Part shown: positions 9,696-19,945 of the stretch, piece after piece | How the letters are laid out: each line of letters begins with the position of its first letter | Position numbering within the stretch: the stretch's first letter is position 1 | Assembly (NCBI GenBank): GCA_958296135.2 | Contig: CATQHZ020000001.1 | Location: 2,048,001-2,112,000, forward strand | Direction: 5' to 3' | Length of the DNA: 64,000 bases | From: an uncultured Poribacteria bacterium | GTDB taxonomy: Bacteria; Poribacteria; WGA-4E; WGA-3G | The notes under the pieces: generated by a model | Database searches by the model: none | What the model saw: the letters and a program-made list of their open reading frames with translations, nothing else | What the model was told of the DNA's origin: nothing | Position numbers and translations under genes: made by a program

Positions 9696-9744
9696 AATCT
9701 GTGTTCCTCTGCAACAGGACTGAGGCAAAATTCCATCATTACCC

Positions 9745-9943
9745 GTAGGCGCGCTTGCAAAGCACGCTCATCGTGACGTGCGCGTTTGATGAAGTTTTAG
9801 TATCAAAACGGACAATTGTCCTATCGGCGGTTTGCACATCTATTGCACCCGCCTGTCAGGGCGGATGTCTCTAGCCGCGCGTAGCCCGCGGAAAAAATGA
9901 GCCGTTTATTTCTTTAAACCTCATCAAAACGCCCCTACGGGGC
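9745..9943. repeat. cluster of REP-like palindromes
   Basis: GTAGGCGCGCTTGCAAAGCACGC at 9745, GTCAGGGCGGATGTCTCTA near 9855, GCCCCTACGGGGC near 9931. Confidence 0.6.
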
Positions 9944-10111
9944 CTATTTTGCGTCTATCCTATCCCATTTAATGCAAATTAAGCAAGTTTATATAATATA
10001 ATACCACATTTTACGCTTTTTAGCAAATTTATTTTTTTCAGTCAAAGTTTGGTTTGCATTGAAGGTGCCCCACGTGTTAAAATAGTCCCATAAAATACGA
10101 GATGGAGGACG

Positions 10112-11932
10112 TTGCTAGACACCATGATACGCGTGCACCTGTTGGCCCTGCTCAGTTTACTTTTTTATGCCACCGTTCCCAAAGTGATGTGCGAGGTTGA
10201 CAACGTTTCCACGCCTGCGGTGCAGCGTTACCATATTCGCCACATTCGCTTTGAAGGCAATGCACACCTCACTCGGCCAACGTTGGAAACCCATTTCGGG
10301 TTACAAGAAGGGAAAGCCTACGCCGGTGCCGAGATAGTGGCGGGTTTTGAGCGGATTGTCGCCGAATATCGGAAAGCGGGGTTTGTATTCGCGGAGATAA
10401 CGCCTGAAGTCGCCTCCCTTGCGGAAAAACAGGTATCCCTCGTCGCTAAAATCGTTGAAGGGAAACGCCTCCGCACCGGCGCGATAACGGTAAATTGGGA
10501 GCAACCGAATGCAATGCCTTTTTCTGAGGCCGATATTCGCCGGGAACTCGGTTTACGGGAAGGGCAATTTTTCACGCAGACTGTGCTGACGCGCGGCATT
10601 GAGAAAATTCACACCCTGTATAGCGAACACGGCTATCCCAAAATTGAGGTGGAGCCCACGGATTTTCAGTTTTCATCGGAGAAAGGCACCGTTGATTTTC
10701 AATTGCATGTCCGAGCGGGGGCACAAATTCGCATCGGTGAGGTAAAAGTCAGCGGACTGAAGAAGACGAAAGAGGCTGTGGTGCTACGCGAAATTCCGCT
10801 CAAACCCAACGAACGCTTCGATCAGCGCAAGATTGATACCAGTTACCGCCGCTTGCGAAATTTAGGCTACTTCTATCAAATTAACCCCAATGTGCTGGAG
10901 GCAGCTGAAGCGGACGACACGATTAACTTTCACGCGCGGGTAACCGAAGCGCGCACCGGCAGACTAAGCGGTGTCATCGGTTACGCGCCGCCGGACTCAG
11001 AAGCAGATAGCGCGCCGCAACTCACCGGCGTGTTTGAGGCACGCGAAACGAATCTATTGGGCACCGGCAGACAAGTCAACTTCTACTGGAAAACCGGCTT
11101 GCGTAGCACCTTGCGATTCGGCTATGAGGAACCGTGGATATTGGGTAAACCGATAGCCATCGGTGTAGCATACGGGCAGCTCACACAGCGCAATCCTTAC
11201 ACAGAAAGTGAATCCGAAGAGCAATTTGCCAGTCTGAGCGGCCGAACCAATTTCGGGAGAGTCTTTGAGGGCGTTTTGACGCTCGGGTATAAGCGTATCA
11301 ACGTTCCGAATACTAGTTTTCCCACAGAAAGTGAGAATGGTTTTCTATACCCGCCCGATACAACTCTATCAGAGCCAGCGGCTTACAGCGGCACGAAATA
11401 TAGCCTCACGCTTCAGTTAACACGAGATACCCGCGACTACTTCCTGAACCCGACCCGGGGCAGGCGCGACAGCATCGCCTTTGAAATTTCGCGCAGCGAC
11501 TTCCGGCTCCGCAAAGTCTGGCTCTCTCTACAACAATATTTTCCGACGTGGCGGAAGCAGACGGTCGCGATAGAGTTGCACGGTGCCGCCGCCTGGGGCA
11601 GGAACATCCCGCCGACTGAACTTTTCTACCTCGGCGGCGCGAACACTTTGCGCGGTTACGATGAGGATTGGTTTGCCGGCCCCCGCCGAGTCTATGCCAC
11701 CCTAGAATATCGGTTTCTCATTGGACAGACATCGCAGGTGTTCGCTTTCACTGATGTGGGCGCGGTAACCTTGATAGAACAGCCCTCCGTTTTCGACAGA
11801 CTGCGGGTAGGCTATGGACTCGGCGTACGGCTTGAATCGAAGGGCGGCATCCTACGCATGGATTATGGGCTCGCCGCTGGCGATTCGGCATTGCGAGGGA
11901 AGATTCATGTTAATCTCGGCGCAGCGTTTTAA
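10112..11932 (+). CDS. BamA/TamA (Omp85) family outer membrane protein
   Basis: Signal peptide, three POTRA-like domains, FYLGGANTLRGY loop motif, C-terminal Phe. Confidence 0.9.
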   Translation: MLDTMIRVHLLALLSLLFYATVPKVMCEVDNVSTPAVQRYHIRHIRFEGNAHLTRPTLETHFGLQEGKAYAGAEIVAGFERIVAEYRKAGFVFAEITPEVASLAEKQVSLVAKIVEGKRLRTGAITVNWEQPNAMPFSEADIRRELGLREGQFFTQTVLTRGIEKIHTLYSEHGYPKIEVEPTDFQFSSEKGTVDFQLHVRAGAQIRIGEVKVSGLKKTKEAVVLREIPLKPNERFDQRKIDTSYRRLRNLGYFYQINPNVLEAAEADDTINFHARVTEARTGRLSGVIGYAPPDSEADSAPQLTGVFEARETNLLGTGRQVNFYWKTGLRSTLRFGYEEPWILGKPIAIGVAYGQLTQRNPYTESESEEQFASLSGRTNFGRVFEGVLTLGYKRINVPNTSFPTESENGFLYPPDTTLSEPAAYSGTKYSLTLQLTRDTRDYFLNPTRGRRDSIAFEISRSDFRLRKVWLSLQQYFPTWRKQTVAIELHGAAAWGRNIPPTELFYLGGANTLRGYDEDWFAGPRRVYATLEYRFLIGQTSQVFAFTDVGAVTLIEQPSVFDRLRVGYGLGVRLESKGGILRMDYGLAAGDSALRGKIHVNLGAAF

Positions 11933-11937
11933 AGGGG

Positions 11938-11966
11938 TTGACAAAAGCCGAAATTTGTGGTATACT
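11938..11966 (+). promoter_or_regulatory. near-consensus sigma70 promoter
   Basis: TTGACA-N17-TATACT with extended -10 TG. Confidence 0.75.
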
Positions 11967-12016
11967 ATATTCTGTTCAGAACACACAGTAGTGTTTTGCA
12001 CAAAAGGAGGACATCC

Positions 12017-12223
12017 ATGCTCAATGTCAATCCTAGATACTTGGTGAATGCCAAAGGACGGAAGACTGCGGTTGTTCTATCAATGAAGGCATATCGCCTT
12101 CTGATGGAACACATTGAGGATTTAGAGGATACGCTGGAAATGGATGCCGCGGTTAGGACTGAGACAGAATTTCAGGACTATCGCGAAATTCGAGCCGAGT
12201 TGAAAGCAGCGGGAAAACTTTGA
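12017..12223 (+). CDS. small antitoxin-like protein
   Basis: AGGAGG RBS; YLVNAKGRKTAVVLSMKAY...IEDLEDTLE pattern typical of RelE-associated antitoxins. Confidence 0.65.
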   Translation: MLNVNPRYLVNAKGRKTAVVLSMKAYRLLMEHIEDLEDTLEMDAAVRTETEFQDYREIRAELKAAGKL

Positions 12224-12294
12224 GCTCACCGGCGATTTATACCGTCAAGCTAAACGACAATTGCGGTGCAGGCAGAACCGAACACCGCTTTTGA
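12220..12294 (+). pseudogene. possible truncated RelE-like toxin remnant
   Basis: TTGA overlap with the antitoxin stop; YTVKL, and RQAKRQLR in another frame, resemble a RelE N-terminus. Confidence 0.3.
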
Positions 12295-12343
12295 TTGAAC
12301 CGTAGGCGCGCTTTCCAAGCGCGCTGTTCAAAAGGAGAAGTGA

Positions 12344-14137
12344 ATGACAAACAACAAGAAACTGCGCAGTTGGGTTGAAGAAACCGCACAACTGTGCCAA
12401 CCCGATAACATCTATTGGTGCGATGGCTCACAAGAAGAGAATGAACGGCTGTGCGAGGAACTCGTCCAAAAAGGCACCTTTGTTCGGTTGGATCCGGCGA
12501 AGCGGCCTGGAAGTTATCTCGCGCGCTCGAACCCGGAAGATGTCGCCCGCGTGGAAGGCCGCACCTTCATCTGCGCGAACACCCCAACTGAGGCAGGACC
12601 GACTAACAATTGGCACGATGCAGACGAGATGAAAGCCACCTTAACAGGGCTCTTTAAAGGATGCATGAAGGGCAGAACGATGTATGTTGTGCCGTTCAGC
12701 ATGGGCCCGCTCGGTTCGCCGATTTCGCAGATTGGGGTGGAGATTAGCGATTCGCCCTACGTCGTTGTCAATATGCGGATTATGACGCGCATGGGCAGCA
12801 CGGTGTTAGATGTCCTCGGCGCAGATGGCGATTTTGTGCCGTGCTTACACTCTGTCGGCATGCCACTAGAAGAAGGACAGGAGGATGTCGTCTGGCCGTG
12901 CAATCCGGACAACAAATACATCGTCCATTTTCCGGAGGAACGTTCGATCTGGTCCTTCGGCAGCGGCTATGGCGGCAACGCGCTGCTCGGTAAAAAATGC
13001 TACGCGCTCCGCATCGCATCCGTGATGGCGAAAAATGACGGCTGGATGGCGGAACACATGCTGATTGTCGGCTTGACAAGCCCTGAAGGCGAAAAGACTT
13101 ACGTCGCAGCGGCGTTCCCGAGTGCGTGTGGCAAAACGAACCTCGCCATGCTCACACCAACGATTCCGGGGTGGAAGGCAGAGTGCATCGGGGATGATAT
13201 TGCTTGGATGAAATTTGGCGATGACGGCCGGCTCTACGCCATCAACCCCGAAGCAGGCTTCTTCGGTGTCGCCCCCGGCACCTCGATGCACACCAACCCG
13301 AACGCGATGCACACCTTGGCATCCAATTCTATCTTTACGAACGCCGCCCTCACCCCTGACACCGATGTCTGGTGGGAAGAACAGACTGATGAACCGCCCG
13401 AGACCTTAACAAGTTGGCTCGGCGAAGAGTGGCACCCCAGCGATGAAAAGACAGCAGCGCATCCGAACGCGCGGTATACGACACCTGCATCGCAGTGCCC
13501 CATCATCGATGCGAACTGGGAGAGCCCAACCGGGGTTCCCATCTCGGCGATTCTCTTCGGCGGCAGACGTGCAACGACGGTGCCGCTCGTCTATGAGGCG
13601 TTCAATTGGCAGCACGGCACGTTTATCGGCTCCGCGATGTCTTCTGAACGCACCGCCGCCGCCGCAGGCACAGTCGGCGAACTCCGACGCGACCCGATGG
13701 CGATGCTCCCCTTCTGCGGCTATAACATGGGTGACTACTTCACACACTGGTTGCAAATGGGGAAAAGCACCGATGAAAGCAAGCTGCCGAAAATTTTCTA
13801 CGTCAATTGGTTCCGGAAGGATGCCGATGGCGGGTGGCTGTGGCCCGGATTCGGCGAAAATAGCCGCGTGCTGAAGTGGATTGTTGAGCGCGTCATCGGG
13901 AAAGCGGAAGCGGTTGAAACACCGATTGGTTACCTGCCTGCCCCCAGCGCGATTGACACGCACGGCTTAGATGTCACCGAAGAGCAAATGGCGGAGCTGC
14001 TGAACGTTGATATTGAAGAGTGGCTGAACGAAATTGACTCCATTCGGGAGCATTATGAACGTTTCGGCGACCGGTTGCCGGCGGCGTTATCGGAAGAACT
14101 AAAGGCACTGGAAGCGCGGTTGCGTGAGAGCCGCTAA
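12344..14137 (+). CDS. pckG: phosphoenolpyruvate carboxykinase (GTP)
   Basis: [55 protein letters not shown]. Confidence 0.97.
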   Translation: MTNNKKLRSWVEETAQLCQPDNIYWCDGSQEENERLCEELVQKGTFVRLDPAKRPGSYLARSNPEDVARVEGRTFICANTPTEAGPTNNWHDADEMKATLTGLFKGCMKGRTMYVVPFSMGPLGSPISQIGVEISDSPYVVVNMRIMTRMGSTVLDVLGADGDFVPCLHSVGMPLEEGQEDVVWPCNPDNKYIVHFPEERSIWSFGSGYGGNALLGKKCYALRIASVMAKNDGWMAEHMLIVGLTSPEGEKTYVAAAFPSACGKTNLAMLTPTIPGWKAECIGDDIAWMKFGDDGRLYAINPEAGFFGVAPGTSMHTNPNAMHTLASNSIFTNAALTPDTDVWWEEQTDEPPETLTSWLGEEWHPSDEKTAAHPNARYTTPASQCPIIDANWESPTGVPISAILFGGRRATTVPLVYEAFNWQHGTFIGSAMSSERTAAAAGTVGELRRDPMAMLPFCGYNMGDYFTHWLQMGKSTDESKLPKIFYVNWFRKDADGGWLWPGFGENSRVLKWIVERVIGKAEAVETPIGYLPAPSAIDTHGLDVTEEQMAELLNVDIEEWLNEIDSIREHYERFGDRLPAALSEELKALEARLRESR

Positions 14138-14310
14138 TCTGGCAAACTAAGCATCTGTAGTTTGCGCTCGTCTATCGCAAATGTCGCAAATATGTCAAGA
14201 CCGCGTGGCACACGTGACAGCGCTTCAGACGCGCTCCACCTAGGGCGGCGAAACGAATCAAATGAATTTCATATAAAGCGTTGTGCACGATTGCTTAGGA
14301 GGAGTTGACG

Positions 14311-15198
14311 ATGGAAGACAACTATCGCGTTGCACCGCCAGGATTCACACCGGCGCAATGGCAGACGTTTAACGAAGACGGCATCATCTTCATTGAGGAT
14401 GCACTCTCTGAGGAAGACATTGATGCCTATATTGACGCAATCGACCGGGTGGCGACGACGCACCCGAAGTATACCCAAGGCGGGTATCTCGGCATGGAGA
14501 ACATTGTTGAACGTGACAAGGTTTTCGCAGGCCTGATCGATCATTCGCGACATGTCGGTTTCGCCTATGATCTGTTCGGCGAACTGCTGAAACTCCATCA
14601 GAGCCAGTTTTTCTTGCGGCCGCCGGGCGGCAAGCAGTATAATCAGTGGCACCCCGATGGCGCGCGGGCCCTACCCTACGGCGTGTTTTCACCGAAACTG
14701 CCGCTGCAAATCAAAATTGGGTATTGGCTCACCGGGCTGCCGCGGGAGAAAATGGGCAATCTGGTGGTGTTACCGGGTAGCCATCGGCAGCAGTATATGG
14801 ACGGCTACGATACGCACAAGAGCCTTCCGGGCGAGAAAGTCCTCTGTCCGCGCAAAGGCACGATGACGGTGATGCACTCCAGCATCTGGCATCGCGTGGA
14901 GCCGAATGAGAGCAATGTGGTGCGTTACAACATCTTCATCGCGTATTGTCCATCGTGGGTGACACCGGCAGACCGGTTTCATTCCTCACCGGAATGGCTG
15001 GGGACGTTGAACCGCGAGCAGCGCATCATTATGCGGAGTTATTCGCATGCGTATCACAACGCGAAGCCGCCCGCGTCAGATTTCCCGCTCTTTTTAGCAC
15101 GGGAGACAGGTACGGAGACAGATGCCGGGGCGTATCAGCCGCACGTCCAACTGCATCGCCGCAAACGGCAGACGATGCACGAGCAGCTCTCTCGGTAG
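14311..15198 (+). CDS. phytanoyl-CoA dioxygenase (PhyH) family protein
   Basis: WHPD, GNLVVLPGSH, IWH (HxD...H facial triad). Confidence 0.88.
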   Translation: MEDNYRVAPPGFTPAQWQTFNEDGIIFIEDALSEEDIDAYIDAIDRVATTHPKYTQGGYLGMENIVERDKVFAGLIDHSRHVGFAYDLFGELLKLHQSQFFLRPPGGKQYNQWHPDGARALPYGVFSPKLPLQIKIGYWLTGLPREKMGNLVVLPGSHRQQYMDGYDTHKSLPGEKVLCPRKGTMTVMHSSIWHRVEPNESNVVRYNIFIAYCPSWVTPADRFHSSPEWLGTLNREQRIIMRSYSHAYHNAKPPASDFPLFLARETGTETDAGAYQPHVQLHRRKRQTMHEQLSR

Positions 15199-15252
15199 GA
15201 GAGCCCTCCCGCGCCCCGATGCCCCCGATAGGCGCGCTTTCAAAGCGCGCCT
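15195..15252 (+). repeat. REP family A plus family B elements overlapping the phyH stop
   Basis: GTAGGAGAGCCCTCCCGCGCCCCGATGC followed by AGGCGCGCTTTCAAAGCGCGCCT. Confidence 0.7.
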
Positions 15253-15423
15253 TGGCATCGGAAGTTTCATCACAATGCACAACGCCTAGTAGATGCCCGA
15301 GGCTGAGCGCGAAGCGTTTGTGAATACCTTAATCCATGAAAACCTCTATAGTTTGCGCTCGCTAGATAACAGTTTGGGCTCAGGCGAGCTCAAACGACGA
15401 CAGCGCGCGAGAGAACAGACGCT

Positions 15424-16554
15424 ATGAAAACATTATTCCTCAAAGACATGCGATACCGCCGGGCACGCGTCGTGCTGACGGCACTCGGCATCACCGTGCT
15501 GATGTCGCTCATCCTACTGTTGGGCGGCATCATGAACGGCATGCGTATCCAAGCGCGGCAGTATGTAGAGGCCACCGGTGCCAACGTCTGGATTTCCGCC
15601 GAAGGTTCTGGCGGTGCCTTCATCGGGTTCTCCCTCGTCGTTGAGGAATACATGGCGTGGCTGAATTCGTCGCCCGGCTTAGTCCCCGATTCTGCCTCGC
15701 CGCTGATCTTCGCGCAGGCGCGCCCAACTGTCCGAGGAAAGTCAACGAAGGCAATCGTTGTCGGCTATAAACTGGGGAAACTCGGCGGCCCGACGCGGGT
15801 AATTGAGGGGCGGCTGTTTACACCGAGCAAGTTCAAGGATTTTCGTCCCGAAGACCAGGCTCCTTTTGAGGTAGTTATCGATGAAAAGATGGGACTTGAA
15901 ATCGGCGAACAGATTTCAATCGGTAACGAGAAATTGCGGGTTGTCGGCAAAGCGAAAAGCCTGATGTTCGTTTTGGATACGCCGCTGCTTTTCATGGATG
16001 TCCGCATCGCGCAGAAGGTGCTGCTCGGCAACTATCCGCACGTCAATATGATGATTGCCAAAACGACCGGAAACCAGCCTGCATCAGGGCTCGCGACAGA
16101 TTTAGATGCCCTAGAAACCATCGAAGCACGCACCTTAAAGCAGACACTCGGAAACATCATCGAGTATTATGTCGACGAACCGATGAAAGCGGTGCAATTC
16201 CTGAGAGTCATGCTCTGGCTGGCAGCAGGGCTTCTCGTCGGTATGATAACCTACGTCACGATGCTTGAGAAGACGCAGGAGATCGGCGTGCTAAAGGCAA
16301 TCGGCGCGTCAAACGGATACGTGATGTCCCTGCTCTTGAAGCAAGTCGCGCTTATCTCGGTGGGCGGCGTTCTGTGCGGATTGGTTCTCGCATATCTGTT
16401 CGCGGCGGCGGCACCCATCTTCGTCGCAATTCACTTTGCGGAGTCGCTCATCGTAGCGGGGATTAGCCTGATTGTGTGTTGCGTGAGCGGCTATGTGGCG
16501 GCGCGGAAGGCAATCACCGTCGATCCGATGATAGCGTTCCGGGGTGAGCTCTAG
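15424..16554 (+). CDS. ABC transporter permease (FtsX/MacB family)
   Basis: LTALGI N-terminal TM, periplasmic domain, EKTQEIGVLKAIGA, ITVDPMIAFR. Confidence 0.9.
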   Translation: MKTLFLKDMRYRRARVVLTALGITVLMSLILLLGGIMNGMRIQARQYVEATGANVWISAEGSGGAFIGFSLVVEEYMAWLNSSPGLVPDSASPLIFAQARPTVRGKSTKAIVVGYKLGKLGGPTRVIEGRLFTPSKFKDFRPEDQAPFEVVIDEKMGLEIGEQISIGNEKLRVVGKAKSLMFVLDTPLLFMDVRIAQKVLLGNYPHVNMMIAKTTGNQPASGLATDLDALETIEARTLKQTLGNIIEYYVDEPMKAVQFLRVMLWLAAGLLVGMITYVTMLEKTQEIGVLKAIGASNGYVMSLLLKQVALISVGGVLCGLVLAYLFAAAAPIFVAIHFAESLIVAGISLIVCCVSGYVAARKAITVDPMIAFRGEL

Positions 16555-16635
16555 TCGGGTAGGAACAATCTCAGGTAAGCGCGGTTTGAAACCGTGCCTA
16601 CGGGAAAAATCTTGATTCTTCCGAGCGGAGGCATT

Positions 16636-17307
16636 ATGGCAGCTATTGTAGAAGGCACAAACTTAACCAAACGCTTCGGCACCGGCGATGCCACCGTTGT
16701 CGCAATTGATTCGGTGGACATTGCCATTCAAGAGAGCGAATTGGTGATGATTATGGGCGACAGCGGCTGCGGCAAGACAACGCTGATCAGCCTTCTCGGC
16801 TGTATCTTAACGCCTGATGAAGGCGAACTCCGCATTGATAGTGAAACTATCCATCAAGCTACGCGTGACATGAGCCAAATCCGCCGCGAGAAAATCGGGT
16901 TTGTCTTCCAACTGTTTCACCTTTTGCCCTACCTCACCGCACTAGAAAACGTGATCGTTGCGATGGACATTGCGCGAACCAACGCCGAGGAAGCGGAGGA
17001 CCGCGCACAAGAATTGCTGATGCAAGTCGGCTTGGCAGAACGACTGCATCACCGTCCCGCGCAGTTGTCTGGCGGTGAGAAACAGCGCGTATCGTTTGCG
17101 CGAGCCCTTGCCAACCGCCCGAAAATCATCTTCGCCGATGAACCGACTGCCAACCTCGACAGCCGCCAGAGCGATAATCTGATGAGCCTGATTCAGGAAC
17201 TGCGCCAAGAACACCAGACCACGATTGCCATTGTCACGCACCACGAGGGGTTGAAAGCGAACGCTGACCGGGTTATCCTCATGAAAGACGGAAGGATTGT
17301 CGCATGA
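16636..17307 (+). CDS. ABC transporter ATP-binding protein (LolD/MacB-like)
   Basis: GDSGCGKTT, IGFVFQ, LSGGEKQR, ADEPTANLD. Confidence 0.92.
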   Translation: MAAIVEGTNLTKRFGTGDATVVAIDSVDIAIQESELVMIMGDSGCGKTTLISLLGCILTPDEGELRIDSETIHQATRDMSQIRREKIGFVFQLFHLLPYLTALENVIVAMDIARTNAEEAEDRAQELLMQVGLAERLHHRPAQLSGGEKQRVSFARALANRPKIIFADEPTANLDSRQSDNLMSLIQELRQEHQTTIAIVTHHEGLKANADRVILMKDGRIVA

Positions 17308-18689
17308 GGGGAATGAGACTAGTTGCAATTAGCGTGTTGATTTTCGCGCTCGGCCTCCAAATCCACGCGCAGGATGCACCAATGGAGGAGAAGAAACTGC
17401 TAACGGGCGCAGTCGAAACCCGTCCCTTTGCTAAAAGTGGTTTATATGGCGGCGGTTTGACCTTCATTGATGGAAACGCCTACGTTCAACTTCAGTTGCA
17501 ACCCGATATTCCCATCGGGAAACTCGGGTTGGGGTTGGACCTGGTGATGCTTTACAATCCGTTCGCGGAAGCCGATGAATCCCAATTTCTCGCGGAAGAT
17601 GGCGAAGACTGGAACAACCCTAGCACATGGCTGCGGCTCATTCGCTATATCCGTTACGGGCAACCGAATGAGCCGTTCCATTTCCGTTTCGGAGAGTTAG
17701 ACTATCTGACGCTTGGGCACGGTTCAATTATGTCCGGCTATTCCAACTACGATAGGCGCGGCGTGCAGCTGAACCTCAGAAACTCCGACAACCGATTCGG
17801 CGTTGAGACGATGCTCAACGATATTGGCGCGCCGACAATTTTTGGGGGGAGAGCGTTTCTCCGTCCCTTTCAACGCACCGAAAATAACAGTCTCTTCACC
17901 CGATTTGAAGTGGGAACGACTTATCTTACCGACATCGATCCGAACGTGCAAGAAATCGGCGAGGAACCGCTCATCGCGCTGGGTGCTGATGTCGGATTTC
18001 CGATTTTTGAGACCGGCACGTTTCGGTTGAACGTGTATGACGATGTCGTTTTTTTGAATACAGTAGGAGGGACCGCCCGGTCCCGATACCCCGAAAATCA
18101 AGACCAGGAGGGCTCTCCTACGGGAACAACGAGGCTCACGTGGGGGAACGCTGTCGGCGTAGGGTTCGCTTGGACGCAAGCCGTTTTCAAACTCGAATAC
18201 CGCTTCTTCAGCGACGGCTACATCCCCTCCGTGTTTGATTATACGTATGAATCTGCGAAGATAGGTTTGCCGCAGACAGACGTGCCGCAGTTTTTAGGCT
18301 TGGAGACAGACATCGCGGCGCGACGCGGCTATTTCTCACAGCTGATCTGGCAGCCGTTGCCGCAATTCTATTTTTTAGGCACGTTTGAGAACTACACCGA
18401 CAGCGAACCGAAACTCTATGTCGGTATCACGGAATCAGGGATAGTGCCGAGGCTGTCCGCGCGGGCGTTCTACACAAAGCGAGACATCGGCGAAGGTGGA
18501 GATACCAACTTCTTCGGAGATCTGTTTGACTTGGACGAGAAGTCGGCATTCAGTATAGAGCTCCGCTATGCGATTTATCCGCCATTAGAGACGATTATCC
18601 TCCGAGAATACCGTTTCCGGCGCGTTGAAACGAAGTTTGAACCGATTCATAAAACGTCAGTGATGTTGGGAGTTAAGAGAGAATTTTAA
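17304..18689 (+). CDS. hypothetical exported, probable outer-membrane beta-barrel protein
   Basis: Signal peptide, amphipathic beta strands, IRYIRYG...TLGHG motif, C-terminal Phe. Confidence 0.6.
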   Translation: MRGMRLVAISVLIFALGLQIHAQDAPMEEKKLLTGAVETRPFAKSGLYGGGLTFIDGNAYVQLQLQPDIPIGKLGLGLDLVMLYNPFAEADESQFLAEDGEDWNNPSTWLRLIRYIRYGQPNEPFHFRFGELDYLTLGHGSIMSGYSNYDRRGVQLNLRNSDNRFGVETMLNDIGAPTIFGGRAFLRPFQRTENNSLFTRFEVGTTYLTDIDPNVQEIGEEPLIALGADVGFPIFETGTFRLNVYDDVVFLNTVGGTARSRYPENQDQEGSPTGTTRLTWGNAVGVGFAWTQAVFKLEYRFFSDGYIPSVFDYTYESAKIGLPQTDVPQFLGLETDIAARRGYFSQLIWQPLPQFYFLGTFENYTDSEPKLYVGITESGIVPRLSARAFYTKRDIGEGGDTNFFGDLFDLDEKSAFSIELRYAIYPPLETIILREYRFRRVETKFEPIHKTSVMLGVKREF

Positions 18690-18725
18690 TGCCCTCAGGC
18701 GCGGCAGAACCCTCGCCTTGTTGCA

Positions 18726-18988
18726 GTAGGAGAGACCTCCCGCGTCTCGATGCAATACCGTAGGAGAAACCTCCCGCGTCTCGATGCAATACCGTAGGAT
18801 AACCTTCCCGCGTCTCGATGCAATACCATAGGAGAAACCACCCGCTCTCAATGTAATACCGTAGGAGAAACCACCCGCTCTCAATGTAATACCGTAGGAG
18901 AAACCACCCGCTCTCAATGTAATACCGTAGGAGAGACCTCCCGGTCTCGATGCAATACCTTAAGAGAAACCACCCCGGTCTCGATGCC
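18726..18988 (+). repeat. tandem array of eight 33-34 bp GTAG-REP-like units (family A)
   Basis: GTAGGAGA(G/A)ACC(T/A)CCCG(C)GTCTCGATGCAATACC repeated head-to-tail without spacers. Confidence 0.92.
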
Positions 18989-19044
18989 GATTCCGGTCTT
19001 AACAGACCTGAAGAGCAGTCATTTTCAAAAGGAGAAGTTTTCTC

Positions 19045-19920
19045 ATGAAAAGAACAGTTTTTACCTCAATGCTAGCGTTAGTCCTCGCCTGCCTCTTCAC
19101 TATCGGATGCAGCGTACGCAGCGGCGATAATCCGCCACTGATAGAAACACCAACGCCCGAGGGCATGGTGCTCATTCCCGCCGGGCAATTCCAGATGGGC
19201 AGTAACGATGCAGAAGCCGGCTACAATGAGCAACCGGTGCATACCGTCCACGTGGACGCGTTCTACATGGACGCATACGAAGTGACGAACGCGCAGTTCA
19301 AGGCATTTGTCGATGCGAATCCACAGTGGCACAAACACAATAGTGCTGCCAAGTTCCACGACGGCAATTACCTCAAGGACTGGGATGGCAATAACTATCC
19401 GGCTGGGAAAGCCAACCATCCGGTGACGCGTGTGAGTTGGTATGCGGCGATGGCGTATGCAGACTGGGCAGGAAAGCGGCTGCCAACCGAGGCAGAGTGG
19501 GAATACGCCGCACGCGGCGGGCTCGCTGAAAAGAAGTATCCCTGGGGCAAAAAGATTTCTGTCGAAGATGCCAACTACGGTTGGCATGCCGGCGATACGA
19601 CTGCCGTTGGGCAGTATGCGGCGAACCGCTATGGGTTATACGACATGACAGGTAACGTGTGGGAATGGTGCCTTGATGAGTATGATGCAGGTTTCTACGC
19701 TGAGTCTCATAACAGCCGGAATCCGCTTTCGGGTGCGGAGAGTCTCCAAGGAATCCTTGATAACTTCACCAGTCTCCCGACCGGTACCTTCCGCGTGTTG
19801 CGGGGCGGGTCTTTGGCCGATAGCGAGCGGATCGTGCGCGTCGCCACTCGAAGCTCCAATCCGCCGACGACTGCCAAGCCGGTCATCGGTTTTCGTTGTG
19901 CGAGGGATGTGACTCCTTGA
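19045..19920 (+). CDS. formylglycine-generating enzyme (SUMF1/FGE-sulfatase) domain lipoprotein
   Basis: Lipobox-like TIGC, IPAGQFQMG, RLPTEAEWEYAARGG, YDMTGNVWEW, GFRCA. Confidence 0.9.
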   Translation: MKRTVFTSMLALVLACLFTIGCSVRSGDNPPLIETPTPEGMVLIPAGQFQMGSNDAEAGYNEQPVHTVHVDAFYMDAYEVTNAQFKAFVDANPQWHKHNSAAKFHDGNYLKDWDGNNYPAGKANHPVTRVSWYAAMAYADWAGKRLPTEAEWEYAARGGLAEKKYPWGKKISVEDANYGWHAGDTTAVGQYAANRYGLYDMTGNVWEWCLDEYDAGFYAESHNSRNPLSGAESLQGILDNFTSLPTGTFRVLRGGSLADSERIVRVATRSSNPPTTAKPVIGFRCARDVTP

Positions 19921-19945
19921 ATCTTAAAGCCTTTACTCCTTCTAA

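Noticed and set aside
18726-18988. Possible CRISPR array
   Set aside because: Units abut with no unique spacers, no cas genes are nearby, and the unit is a dispersed GTAG palindrome
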